Both the position numbers and the translations under genes were made by a program. 64,000 nt of DNA from the human T2T-CHM13v2.0 reference genome, Homo sapiens, in NCBI RefSeq assembly GCF_009914755.1, contig NC_060929.1; one strand, 5' to 3'. A model generated the notes under the pieces. That model saw only the letters and a program-made list of their open reading frames with translations, had not been told where the DNA came from and searched no databases. Positions 37,890 to 52,779 of this stretch are shown here, piece after piece (position 1 is the first letter of the stretch; each line of letters opens with the position of its first letter).

Positions 37890-39070
37890 GCAGGAACAGA
37901 AAGATGACCAGACAAGCAAGAATTGCCTGAGAAAATCTATCCCTATAAGGAACAGTAATCAAATTCAACAAATAGAAGACTTTATACCTGAAAAGGTTAT
38001 TTGACTAAATACAAAGTATTTTAAAAGCTTTAATTGATATCGAAGAAAGGATGTAGTATCTATAAAAAGTAAGGCATTATGTGAAGAATGTAGGTAACTT
38101 TGTAATTTAAATATGGTGGTAGAAATTTAAAGATCTCATTAATTAATTTAAAGATCTAATTAATTCTCTTAAATCCAAAAATAGACACAACTGATGAGTA
38201 GCAAGTCAAAGGTTTCTCCATTATGGAGACTAAGACAGATATTAAAAATGACGGAAAATTTATATTATATAGAAGAAGCATCAAGAAGGTGCAGTGTGTC
38301 TGTTTTCTAAGCATTCTAAGCACATAGAACAGAAAAGGTGGAATAGAAGAAATAATCACAGCAATTATTTATAAAATATTTTCAGAGTGAAACACCAATT
38401 ACAAGTCACCAGTGGATTAAGTAACAAAAGACACATATATTTGTTTGTTGTGTTCAATGATATATCTCTAGCACACAGAACAGTGCTTGATACATAGTAG
38501 GTGCTCAATAAATATTTATCAAATGAATGAATGAGTCTAAGCATAAAAAGGCAAATTTTGAGAACACCAAGGATAAAGAAAAAAATCCAAGTTATCTACA
38601 AAGAAAAAAAAAGAAAATCAAATTTTTATAAGACTTACCAAAAAGAGATTCTAAAAGGGACAAAATTTCAGATTCTGAGGGAATTGATTTTGAACCTAAA
38701 TCCTTATAGCCAGCTACATTAGCATTTAAGTATGAATATAGAGTAAGACTTAACAAACATGCCAAAATTCAGAAAGATAATCATCCACGTATTCTGTAAA
38801 ATGAATATTTAAGCTTGTCCTTTGGCAAAACAAAATGAATTGAAGAGGGACATAGATTAGTGAGCAAATAAATCAATAAAGCATGTAGTGAAATTCATAC
38901 AACTGTGGTTTATTGAAAACAAAGAACTATCCGGGACTAAAATCCCCAAAGATCTCACAGAAGAAACAGTGAGTCAGGGATTAGAGGAAGAGCAGAGTGG
39001 GAAATACCAGGTCGAAAGAAGAGAAAGCATTCCTGTTTTCTTCAGTAGGTTAGTATACAAATACATTTAA
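37890..39070 (+). mobile_element. Ancient L1ME ORF1-region remnant
   Basis: Degenerate motifs AAAATTTCAGATTCTGAGGGAATTGATTTTGAACCTAAATCCTTATAGCCAGC. Confidence 0.5.
38435..38535 (+). mobile_element. L2 3' tail
   Basis: AGAACAGTGCTTGATACATAGTAGGTGCTCAATAAATATTTATCAAATGAATGAATG. Confidence 0.85.
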
Positions 39071-39539
39071 TTAAAAAAAATACATTTTAACCTAAAGGAA
39101 ACCTTAGATTAAATGTTCTTAAAATGCAGAGTACATATACTCCTTTAGAGTGTTTTATTTTTTTCAATATTGAATCACATTATATGAGCATTTTTAGAAT
39201 TGATAGATACTGGCAAATTCTCTGCAGTACAGTATATCGATTTATATTCTAACAACAGTTCTTTAAAAGTGATTATTTCCTATACCTTCACAACATTTGA
39301 TATAATTGTTTTTCCTCAATTCTATCATATTATGCATATGATTTTGCAACTTGCCATTTATTTTAACAATGTGTCATAACCATCACTTGAGGTCAGTAAA
39401 AAGAGAGATCTAATTCATTTTTTAAAATAGGTGCATAATGTTTTATAGTAGCTGTATTTATTCTGATTATGCCAATTTTATTGTTGTCACTATTGTTAAT
39501 AATAAAAGTTATTAAGCAACTGTCATGTAAAGAAATATT

Positions 39540-39902
<363 letters not shown>

Positions 39903-40059
39903 TCATATAGTGGATTAAATAGCAAAATACTTCTGTGTCTTTTGATTAAGCTGTTTATTTTCTTGACCACTCAGTCCAAAAGACTATTTTAATTCACTCG
40001 TAATTCTTATTACTGTCTGAAAAGTTTTAATCATTTATGTTTTTCTAGTATCTTACTTG

Positions 40060-40545
40060 GTTCACCTCTAAAATGTACACTCTTTTAGGCAGGGACTTTG
40101 ACCAACTTGCTCTATGCCTGATATTTATAACAGTTAATGAGCGAATGAAAGAATGAAGGAATGAGTGAGTGCCAGTGTTTTCCTATCTACTTACTTTTGT
40201 TTTTGCTGTTCTCGCTACTAAAAATATAACCTGTCAAGTTGTATTTACTCTTCAACACCTAGTTCAAATTCCTTTTTATTCATAAAGCATCCCTAGATCC
40301 GCTTGCTTAAAGAAGTGACTTTCTCCTTTACTCATGCCCTACAGTACCCCGTACTGTTGTACTCTTACTCTTACCCCCTTCTGGCTTCCACCTTAAAAAC
40401 ATCATTAGTTGCCCATACAACTTGTTTTCTCAGTAGATTATAAATTCCTTGAAGACAGAGCCTATGTCTGTTCATTTTTCTGTCCTCCAGAGCACCATCA
40501 TTGTGCCTTGCACTTGACAGAATTTTTAATTGAATTGAGTAATTA
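40060..40545 (+). mobile_element. L2 3' fragments
   Basis: TAGATTATAAATTCCTTGAAGACAGAGCCTATGTCTGTTCATTTTT plus GAATGAA-type tails. Confidence 0.7.
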
Positions 40546-40569
40546 CCATAAGTACCTTAATGCTTTTCG

Positions 40570-40760
40570 TAGCAGGCTTAGTGGAAAAGTAATAAAATTT
40601 GAAATCAGAAAAAAAGTATGAAACCTAGTTCTTTCACTCTTAGCTGTATGATATTATTTCTGAATTAAGCCCATGTACCCTTTCCTTACCTGTAAAGAAG
40701 GATTATAATTCCTAAATAGCAAGGTTGCAGTGAAGAGTAAACATTAAACATATACATGTA
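40570..40760 (+). mobile_element. MIR
   Basis: CTTAGCTGTATGA...TTTCCTTACCTGTAAAGAAGGATTATAAT...AGGTTGCAGTGAAGAGTAAA. Confidence 0.65.
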
Positions 40761-40898
40761 AGGTAAACATGAAGAGTATATATGAGTGTATATATATATA
40801 GTAGGTGAATATATGTTGGAACATAGAAGGTGAATATATGTTGATTCATTCCTTCATTCAGTAAACATTTGAGTGCCTACTGTGTGCCAAACAATGAT

Positions 40899-40952
40899 TG
40901 ATGATGATGACGACGATGATGATGATGATGAAAGAAGAAGGAGATGATGATG
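40899..40952. repeat. (GAT)n trinucleotide repeat
   Basis: Directly visible. Confidence 0.9.
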
Positions 40953-43159
40953 AAGTTCCAAGCTTTAATTGAATTCCCATTGATGAATGCTTATAATTTG
41001 GTGAATTATGAAAAACAATGACATAGATTTGGTGTTCAGGTATTAAGGAACAATAAAATTTCAGTCTTGAGATGTCATTTCAATTATTAGAATCAAATTC
41101 TCTTTCAACTGAAAAAGTAGTAAATATAGACTCCCTTTTTAATATAAGTCTCAAAAGTGAAGAATATCTCATTTACTTTTGAGGTTCTGTTACATGAAGT
41201 AAACAACAGATTTATGTAACAGCATGTAGAGTAGAAAAGAAAGTCTTGAATATTACATTTATGAAAATAATAAAAGGAAACTAAGTTTCACAACTGCATT
41301 TCAAATTTAAAAATATTGTCAACCAAACAGATTTTAAAAGCAGACAGTTTAAAATGTATAACTTTTAACCATCTATCTAATTTTTTGAAATAAAATAGTT
41401 TTATTATGATGTAGTCTGCTTCTGGGAAAAATGCAGTAATATCAGTAACTGGGAAAAGTTGGAAAATTTTTATTGAAACACAGAACTAAAATTGTGCCTG
41501 AAATTGCAGTTACACTAATATGCTTTATGTTTCTCCATTTCTGATATATAAGTTGAGCTTTCTCACTCAGCCCCTTACTTGGAAAGTATGTATTCATGAT
41601 TTTCAGATTATGACTTCTTCATAATTTTATTAGAAGTTGAGAAAGTTCAGAATGTTGTCAATCACATACATGATTTTTTAATAGTGGCTTTTGGATTCTT
41701 ATGATGTAAGGTTTGTATCATGTTTTTCTTTTACACATAAAATTTGTCATTTATATTTTCTCTTTAAAAGCGTTTTGCTTTCAAAAATAAAAGACAATTA
41801 TAGCAATAAATTATTACTTTCATGGCATATTATCTAATGATTCTACTATTTTAAAAACATTAGATTGTTTCTGAATTTAACAGTAAAATAGTTCAAAGAG
41901 AAATTAACTTAATTTGCTTATTTAAATAATTGTGTTGATTAATTAGTTAGGTTAAATTAAAGGATGGAAGCAGTAAAGCTATAAAATTTATGATTGTACT
42001 AAAAATTAAAACAAATTTGATTACTTTTCAGAACTTTAGGCAAAGATATTTTCCATTATGTTACTCAGTGTTCAGTTTCATAGAGAGTCATATGATAATG
42101 ATTTCTTCTGGAATTTTAATTTCTGGAAAATGTGTCTATCTCCTGAATTACTAGCTTATTCTCTTTTATTATCTACTAAGATCCCTGCTATTTTTTTTTA
42201 ACATTTTCTTTTTTGCTTTTATTATCTAGGAGCTCTCAGTTTTTAACTTAGTATTCAGATACAATAATTATATCTCCCCTGGCCTGGTTATTTTCTCCTT
42301 ATTCCTAAAAGACTCTTACTTTTATCTTTATATTAACTATCTTGCATGTTCTTGTTTTTCATACATAAGTTCCTGAAATTCTTTCAAATGTTTGAAAATT
42401 CTAAAAGTTTTTCCTTAAAAAATTCTGTTTGTGATTATTTGATTTAGGACATATCAGAGTACCAGGTTCATATGTATTTGCTTTGTTTAAAAAATTAGAT
42501 GTAAATGTATGTATTTAAAATATATGTGTATTATAGATGTTAATATATTTCAAATACATATTAAAATTTACGTACAATTTTTTAAAGAAAACAAAGGAAA
42601 CCTTATTTTGTTCAGGTTTAATTATTGGGAAAAGTCTAATTACTGTTGTACTAATAAGAAAAACAAGCAACTGGACCTTTGAAAATATGGCAATGTGGTG
42701 AAAATGGGACAAAGAGAAATAAGTCTCCAGTTTAGAGCCAGAAACAAGAGTATGGAAGGAGAGGCTGAAACAGAAACAAACCCTAGAAATGGACTTAAGC
42801 CTGCACTAGATGCATTGTACAGCTGGAACACACGTAACAGAAGCCTTTCTTTTTTTGCTTGGTTTGAATGCCAGGTCTATTAGATAAATACTCCAAACTG
42901 TTAAAACGAATAGACCTAAAGGTGAGAAATGGCTCAAACACACAATAGAAGTTAAGGAGCTTGACCTACAACTAAGAGATTGTATTATTTCTTTTGAGAT
43001 ATATTAGTAATTAATTTTGTCCTTTAAATGTATTTATTTATAACACAGGATTATAAAGGATAAGTTTAGATTAAGGATAAGTATTAGATTATAAAGGATA
43101 AGCAGGATTCTTCATTTCTGAGATACTGACAATGATAGACCCAAGGGGTAGTGATATTC

Positions 43160-44409
<1,250 letters not shown>

Positions 44410-45772
44410 TTATTTTAAAGTTCCTGGGAAAAATTTTGTTCTTTGATTTTAAGTGTGTTTACATGATGGTAGATGATACTGTGATCATTTATGCTGATAG
44501 TGATCACCATGGCCACATTTACTTATCTTTTACTTCTAAGATTTTTCTAACCCAAGTGTAAATTAAGTTTGCCAGTGACAGTATGAAAACTATGACAGCC
44601 AATTAAGGGAAAATTTAGGCTGTGCTGGGTGGCTGAATTTTATGTAATTAGGAAAGGTAAATCCTCCAAAACTATGTCCATCACTAGATGACTTAATCAC
44701 TTCTATCCTTTTCTTCAATTTCTGTCTTCCCATAAAATGCCTTGTTTTTTTTTTCTGTTAAAACCTTCTACTTGGCATTAGGCTGTTACAGGTAGACAGA
44801 TCTGTGGGATAATTGGATTGGAGGCTATTAGCATCTGACTTGGCAAAAATCAGTTTAAATGAATTGAATTCAAAGCGTTGAATTCATTTTAAAAATATAC
44901 TTTTAATCTACTGATTTTTTTAACTTTTGAGGCCAGTATTGATATTCTCAAGATAACTAATATTGCAAAAATTATGGGAATCCCAGTGTCCCTGTCCCAC
45001 TGTTTGGGCCTGAGAATCTGTGACTTGGCTTCACTTTGATTGTTTCGAGTTGAAATAGAATGTGGCACATAGGAGTAAATTATTCAGGCAAGAGGCGTCA
45101 TTGAATAGAGGATTAATGATCTCGTCTGAATTAGAAATAGGATGAGAACAGGTCATGAGTCCTATTTACTCCACAATTTATAACATTAAATTTAATTCTA
45201 AATTAGTGTTATAAAATGTATAAAAATTAATGGTCCATCTTAAATCATATAGTACTTTCTTCTCTACCTTTCTAAATTATAAACATAACATTAAAAAATA
45301 AAAACTAAATAATCACTGGTAACCATCAGTAATATTTTAAGGTTTGCGTTTTGCCTTCCAGTCTGTCCACATGTACTCCAGGCTTATAACTTCCTCTTTA
45401 CAAGCGGGTCTTTTTATGTATTTATGAGAACATATACCTGTGTCCACGATAATGAGTACTTCGCAATATATCAGGCTTAACCAAAAGTTTTTCCAAATCT
45501 TTCCTATTGTCATCTTTTGATGATCTCTTTTTTTAAACTTTTAAATAAATAATCCCCATTGAATTGTCTTCTCTAGCTTAAAAAGTATTGTTCTTTAACT
45601 TTGCGGTGTCAAAAAGTTTTATCTCAAAGTCCAATTCCAATTTATTGATAATGATGGCATGGAACACTATACTCAGAATTCTGGGTTTTCCTAAGATGTC
45701 AGCAGTAAAGAGGTCCGTGATTGATTAGTGGTGCTGATCATGGAAGCAGGAGGGTGGTTTTGAGAGAAATAA

Positions 45773-46125
<353 letters not shown>

Positions 46126-46199
46126 TATTGTTTCTTGTTTTAACAGATACAAAAATAATTTAGTCTCTTGGATTTTAAAACTGGTTTTACTGCTTGCAA

Positions 46200-47200
46200 C
46201 ACTCCTTTTATTAAGGTGATAGGCAACTTTGCGTATTTGATTATGTTTTACATCTTGGTCAACTGGATACCTCTTCAGGTATATTAACATACAAATAACA
46301 TATTCTGATCACTCATATATATCTAAGGATGTATTTTGCCTTGATTCACAAAAAAGACAGCTTTTGTTTTTTGTTTTTCAATAGGACCATAACACTCTCT
46401 CCTGATCATTTACATGTTTCTCCCTTGACTCTGTTTTATAATATGGTGAAAAAAGTCTGAAGCCAACTTAGTTTTGGTCTTTTGTGGGAAACCGCTTTCT
46501 TTTTCCTGAACAGATATATACAGAATTGTTTTGTACTTTTATTCTTATAGTGAAAAAAAATCAGAATTTTCTCCATTGTTATAGTTTAAAATTTTACCAA
46601 TGGGCATATTTTAATCAATTAAGATTAACCACAATGAGAACACAATGAGACTTTGCAATTTGCTCCAAAAATATTGAGTGTGCTTTATCTTTGATTGCTT
46701 TTGTTCTAATTCTTCTTATCTTTAAGAAAACTACTTGTTTCCATTTTTCTTCTCTGTTCCCTATCCTCTGTATCAGTCATCTTCTCTTGCATTATTTTAG
46801 TTTTGTCCCATTCTTTTGAGTTCTGAGATGACACTTGAGCTTTTCTTTTATATATACTTCATTCATTTACCATTCCTTAGAATCAACACTTCTTGCTGTA
46901 GCCTTCAACATGAATTTTAACTTGGCTCTAGCTTTTTTTTTTTGGTTAGCAATTCATCCTTATATCATTCATTTGATTTTTTCCTCACCTAGTTATTTAT
47001 AACAGTCTCCTTTTATTTCATAGCAACCATATTGTTTGAACTTTGTTGAGGATATCAAACTGTTCCTGGAAGTTTTCTTCTGAATCCTACTCTAGATTAT
47101 TTTCAGACATATCATTTATCTTCTGAATCTTAACCTTATTTGACAATGTTTTTCATAAGTCATATGTATTTTTTTCTGTCTCTCATCCTCAAACCATGTA
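46200..47200 (-). mobile_element. Ancient L1ME ORF1-region remnant
   Basis: T-rich, with GAAAAAAGTCTGAAGCCAACTTAGTTT, a motif typical of antisense L1ME. Confidence 0.5.
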
Positions 47201-49399
47201 AGATCAGAATTTCCAATAAACAGAGAAGACTGACCTTGTGCGATGTGCGATGGTAAATTTTTCTTCTCAGATGCAGGTTGGACTGAGACAGACATGCACA
47301 GTTTCCTTTTAACTTTACGATTCTGTTAGGATTTCATGTAGTATATTCTTCTTTGCTCATGTGCCATTTTTCTTTGTTCTCAAGGGCCTTGTTATCCCGT
47401 TATATTGAACTAATGCAGTATATCAAGCAAAACATATTCCAAATGAATTGGGGTATTTCTTTGTTCATAGATCCTTCACCCAATAAGACACTGTTTGGAA
47501 GAACATTGTTCCAAAAATACACTGTGCTGCTTCCTTCACGGTTGTTGAGAATCTGCATACTCAGGTATATGTGTGTAAACGGGAGGTGGAGAGTGGAGAA
47601 GAGGGGAGTGAGGCAGAGTAGCTAGTGACAGGATTCTGCTTACTCTCGGGGAAACATTTAGGGAGCAGAGCAGGATGGCTGCCAACTAGAGAGTTGTGGG
47701 CCTCCCTGGAACTGACTTAGGGAGCAAAACCTGATCAAAGGGAATGGCCTCTTTAAATCCTTTTGAAGATACTCTTCATTTGGTTAAGCAAGTTCAGTAT
47801 GTGTTATGAGTTAGAGCTCAGAGAGGATTTTCTGTATCTATCTCCTTTAGTACTCAGTAAATTAAACATATTTATGTCCTGTTTTGGGGGCTATGGGAAA
47901 CTGCTTTAACAGTTTCACAGTTATCCTTTCTGTGAACATGAATATTCTTTTGAAAGTTTTGTTTTCTCATCTCCCATATGAGAGCAAAGGAAGACATCTA
48001 GGAGGACATCATTTCAAAGTCACCTCTCTGAGCACCTCTGTGGCCTGAGGAAATTGTGCTTTCTCTTTCATAAACACATGATTAACCTAACTACCATTTG
48101 AGGCAAAGTAGCACAGTCACTGTCCTGAGCATGTTTATAAAATATGCAAATCCAACTTGTCCTTTGCTTCATTATTGCATCCATTATTTAGTTTCATTAT
48201 AAAACATTTGAGGGTGAGAAAGGACAATTAATGCAATTAAGTTTCCATGGTTTAAAAATTCCCTAATTTTAGTAAATGTTTTAATGGAACTTTAGCGTTA
48301 AAAATGATGAAATTCATCACCTTAATTATAACAGTGTCAAATAAAACAAAACAATTATTCTGAAAACTCAGATATTCTATAAATGAACACTGATTCATAA
48401 ATGGAAAGCCTACTGTATAGTTTATACATTGGAAACCTATTTGTATAGTTTAGAACTATACATTAGCATTTGTTTAGAAACTATCCATTTATATTACCAA
48501 CGTGTATACATGTGCTTTTGCTATGTTTCTGGGTGAACAGGTTTAAGAAAGGAGATAGGAGTGAGGCTAAACTGTTCGTTTTTTAAAGGGCTTAAATCTC
48601 TAGTACACAATGTAGCTTGCTTAAAACATCACTGAAGATACATCACAAAAGTCTTCTTTTCCTTACTATCTACTTTGAGATTAAAATTTAATCAACATTT
48701 TCCAAGAAGCAATTAAGTCTCAGACCCTGTACTAATACTTTGATTTGTTTCCTAACACTCACAGCTGATGAGGAAACTGAGTATGAAAACGGCTGGATGA
48801 TTTGCTGAAGATTACTCAGCTGGTTGGGGGAGAAAACTAATCAGTATAAGTGTGCTGTGCTAGTATTGAGGCTATGCAGCGATCAGTGAGAAGCATTTGA
48901 AGGCTGCCTACTTTAAACCATTCTGGTTCCATTTTATCTTCCTCCTTGGGTGAGGGGTATGTGAGTATATGTATTGTATATGTATATTTTAACAGCCATA
49001 ATTGAGTGTGTCATATATACTTTTCTCCTCTTTAGGTTTTGGTAGTCCATTGTTATTCTTAAATTAGGCATCATTTACCATTTGCAGTCTTAGTTCTCCT
49101 AGAATAGTTCTTTGTCTTTCCAAAAGCTACCAATGGTGGCAGATAATGGCTAGATTTCTCTTCAATATCCAAACCAAACGTAGCTAAGTGTGTAGTTGGT
49201 GTACTTATAGAAGGAAAAGAAAATAAATTTTTCCTTCATTTTTTGTCCTAAAATTTGTTTGGGTTTTTAAAGATTATGTTTTTTTCTTTAGACTTTAGGC
49301 TTATAATTCAATTACAATTCAATTACAGTTAGAATTGTGTTACAATTCTAGGTTCAGATCATATGCTCATTGTTGATCCACATATAGCTACTAAAATAA

Positions 49400-50110
49400 T
49401 GAGTACTCATGAATCCAGAATCTAAAGTAAAAGCTATACTCTGGTTTCTCTTCAGATCATATAAATCTTTTGCCTTTTACTAAAGTAAAAGCTGAGATCT
49501 TGGAAATAATGACTGACATTAGGCCATATGTATGCCCTTCATCTGATTTTGCTGCCCCCCTTCATCCAGGCCAATATCATCCCGACTCCTGTGTTTATCA
49601 TTAATGTGTTTTTCTTTCTATTTGTGTAATATATATTCATTGCTTGGATATATGTGAAATGTGAAATATTTTTTCATTGCTTGTTTAAGTATTATGTATA
49701 TTACCTGTGTACATGTACACACATATATATACACATACTTGCTTTATTTGGTGTTTATGGAAAAGGATACTATGCTATACGTAATATTTTGGGACTTAAT
49801 TTTTCATAGTACTTAGCTAAGATTCATCATATTTTGCATGTTACTAGTTTATTCAATGTAACTTTCGGTAAAATATACCACATCATAGTCATCAAGCCTC
49901 CCAAGGAAAAACACTGTTCACAATAGGTTCACTCTGTGGTGAACAGTGCTGCTAAAATAGTCTTGAACATAAGTCTTGCTATACATGTGCAAGGGATTCT
50001 CTTGGGGATATATTTCTAAGAATGGAATATCTGGATCACAGGAGCTATGTGATTGTTCAGCTCTTGAAAATAAGACCAAACTGATTTCCAGTACGACAAG
50101 CAATTGTTGC
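49400..50110 (-). mobile_element. L1ME 3' end
   Basis: AACAGTGCTGCT...ATACATGTGCAAGGGATTCTCTTGGGGATATATTTCTAAGAATGGAAT. The minus ORF gives DPDIPFLEIYP (L1 ORF2-like). Confidence 0.65.
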
Positions 50111-50170
50111 AACACTCTCTCTCAAAAACTTCACCATTCAAACTTCCATCTCCTGATGTGGGTTGTCAAA

Positions 50171-50173
<3 letters not shown>

Positions 50174-50214
<41 letters not shown>

Positions 50215-50228
50215 ACACACTCACACAC
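50174..50228. repeat. (CA)n microsatellite
   Basis: Directly visible. Confidence 0.95.
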
Positions 50229-50639
50229 CCCACAGAAAAAAAAAATGCCCTGGTTTTGCTTTCTATGTGTGAAAAAGAACCTACCTAGGCAAGACATGTA
50301 AGCCCCTAGAACTTCCAGAAATTGAGGGAGCTGACCTAGATTAGTATCTTTCAAGCCATGTCCTGCAAGTGGCTTTGCTGTGTGTACCTATGCAGTTGTG
50401 GACATTGGAGACTATTTGGTACCTGAAGGTGGAGATAAGGTAGGAGGGAGAGAGAAGGCTGGGGCTTTAGTAGATCCCCCGCCATGACTAAGAAAGCAGC
50501 TTCACTTTTATCTCTAAATTTTTTTTTTATTTTACCTGATGAAAATCTTCCTTTGAAAAACACAATCTAAAGTTTGAAACACACTGGCACAGGCAATTTC
50601 TCAGGTCCCTTACTGCCCTAATGTTTTATGATTATGCAT

Positions 50640-51015
50640 TGTATTATTTATGGTAATTAATGCTAGCTGCAAGTGATTAAAGCCCCAAATCTCAGTAACT
50701 TAGTCAACAGAAATTTATTTCTAACTCATATTTAGCCTTCTACGGGTTGGGAGAGGCTTTACTCCACGAGGTGACTCAGGGAACTGAATCTTGTGATGCT
50801 CAGCTCTTGCCCCGTGGCCTTTTAGGTTGCAGCAGCATAGGAAGAGATGGATGGAGGAAGCATACCAGCTTCTGACTTACTTAGCTCAGAAGTGACACTT
50901 GAGCTCACAGCCCATTCATCAAACCAAGTCACGTGGCTTCAATTTCACCGCAAAGGAAGCTTAGTCATGTAGAGGAACACATTGAATATCTGGACTCAGT
51001 AAGTCTCTCTAGCAT
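50640..51015 (-). mobile_element. MLT1 (J/K/L-type) LTR
   Basis: CCCCAAATCTCAGTAACTTA...ATTTATTTCT...CAGAAGTGACAC...AGTCACGTGGC are antisense MLT1 motifs. Confidence 0.75.
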
Positions 51016-51259
51016 TTGTACCAAGTGCAGGAAACATAATTCACATGCAGAAGGGCAGAGTGATCACAGTAAAGGTGAGATATAGTTAAATACTAGAGAC
51101 TTCTTGAGAAATACTTTGCTATCCTCTTGTAGGTTACTCTTTTCAAAAGATTTCCATTGTGGTCTTTTTGTTTATTTTCTAGAAAATATACACTATTTCC
51201 ATGAAGACCTCTAATTCTCTTTTTTTAGACTTAAAGGATAAATTACAAAAATTGGATTA

Positions 51260-51646
<387 letters not shown>

Positions 51647-52779
51647 TTAATTTAGAATGTAATTCCACTAACCTATGTCCTATCAGCCTGAGCAGTCTAT
51701 CTCTTTTAACATAGATCAAAATGCAAAGGCCCTTTTCTCATGAAGCATGGACCTATTTTTTTTATGGTGTGCTGAGATGAAGGAGAACAGAGTACAGTGT
51801 TCCTGATAATCTTTGATGTGATTTAGTTGTATTTTTGAGCTTGATGATAATGTCTTTATCATCTAGTTACTGTTCTACATCTCATCTCCTGGTGGTACAG
51901 CATGCTCAATGTGGTTTACTTTCTGAAACAACAACAGATTTAGTTTTTATGTTGATGAGGATAGGAAGAGGCCCAAAGATTGCATCAGAAGCAATTAAAT
52001 CATTTTGGGAAGAGTTAGTATGCTCTTTGGAGGGTAATTCTGGTGACTCAAAGTAACTGTAAGTGCATAATGGAAAGAAGCCCATGCCTGGTGTGGGTGT
52101 GTAGCTTAATGGAGAATTGGGAAAATAGTCAGCTAGAGAAGCAAAGATAAAATTATAAACCCAGTGATGTGGGAAATAACTGACATCAGGGGATATATTT
52201 CAGCTGACTGATAAAAAAGCCACCAAAGACTTTGAGAAGGAAAAGAGGAAAAGTTAACCGGTATGAGGAATAGAGGACAGAGAGGAGATGCTTATTGAAA
52301 AATTTAGAGAAATATATTTAGGAGCTAAATACTGGCATGAGATATTTTTTAAAAATATTGCTCCTGCAAAGGAAAGTACTATTTTATTTCCTGACCTTGT
52401 TTTAAAATGAAGCCTAACTGGGGCAAAGCAGATTTAGGGACAAAGAAAATGGGATAGGACCATTTTGATTCACCCTATCTTTATCAGTTGGAGGAACACT
52501 TGAGAAGAGACAAATTAAGGTCGTTTTTTGTTCTCAACTATTTGGATCCTTTAGTATTTTTTGTCTTGTTGCTTCCAGTGGTTACTCACATTCATGTTTG
52601 AAAAGTGGTTCTTTGCAGTGTGAGCTAATGAAGTAACTCTCTAACGGTGGTTTCCCTGTGGGACTTAGCCCTTCCTTCTCCTTTATTTTACCAATTTTCT
52701 TGAGGAAACCTCCTGAGATCTTCATTTGATGTCATAGGTGTTAAAGCCTTTGAACTACCAGTTGAAAACACCAAATAAC

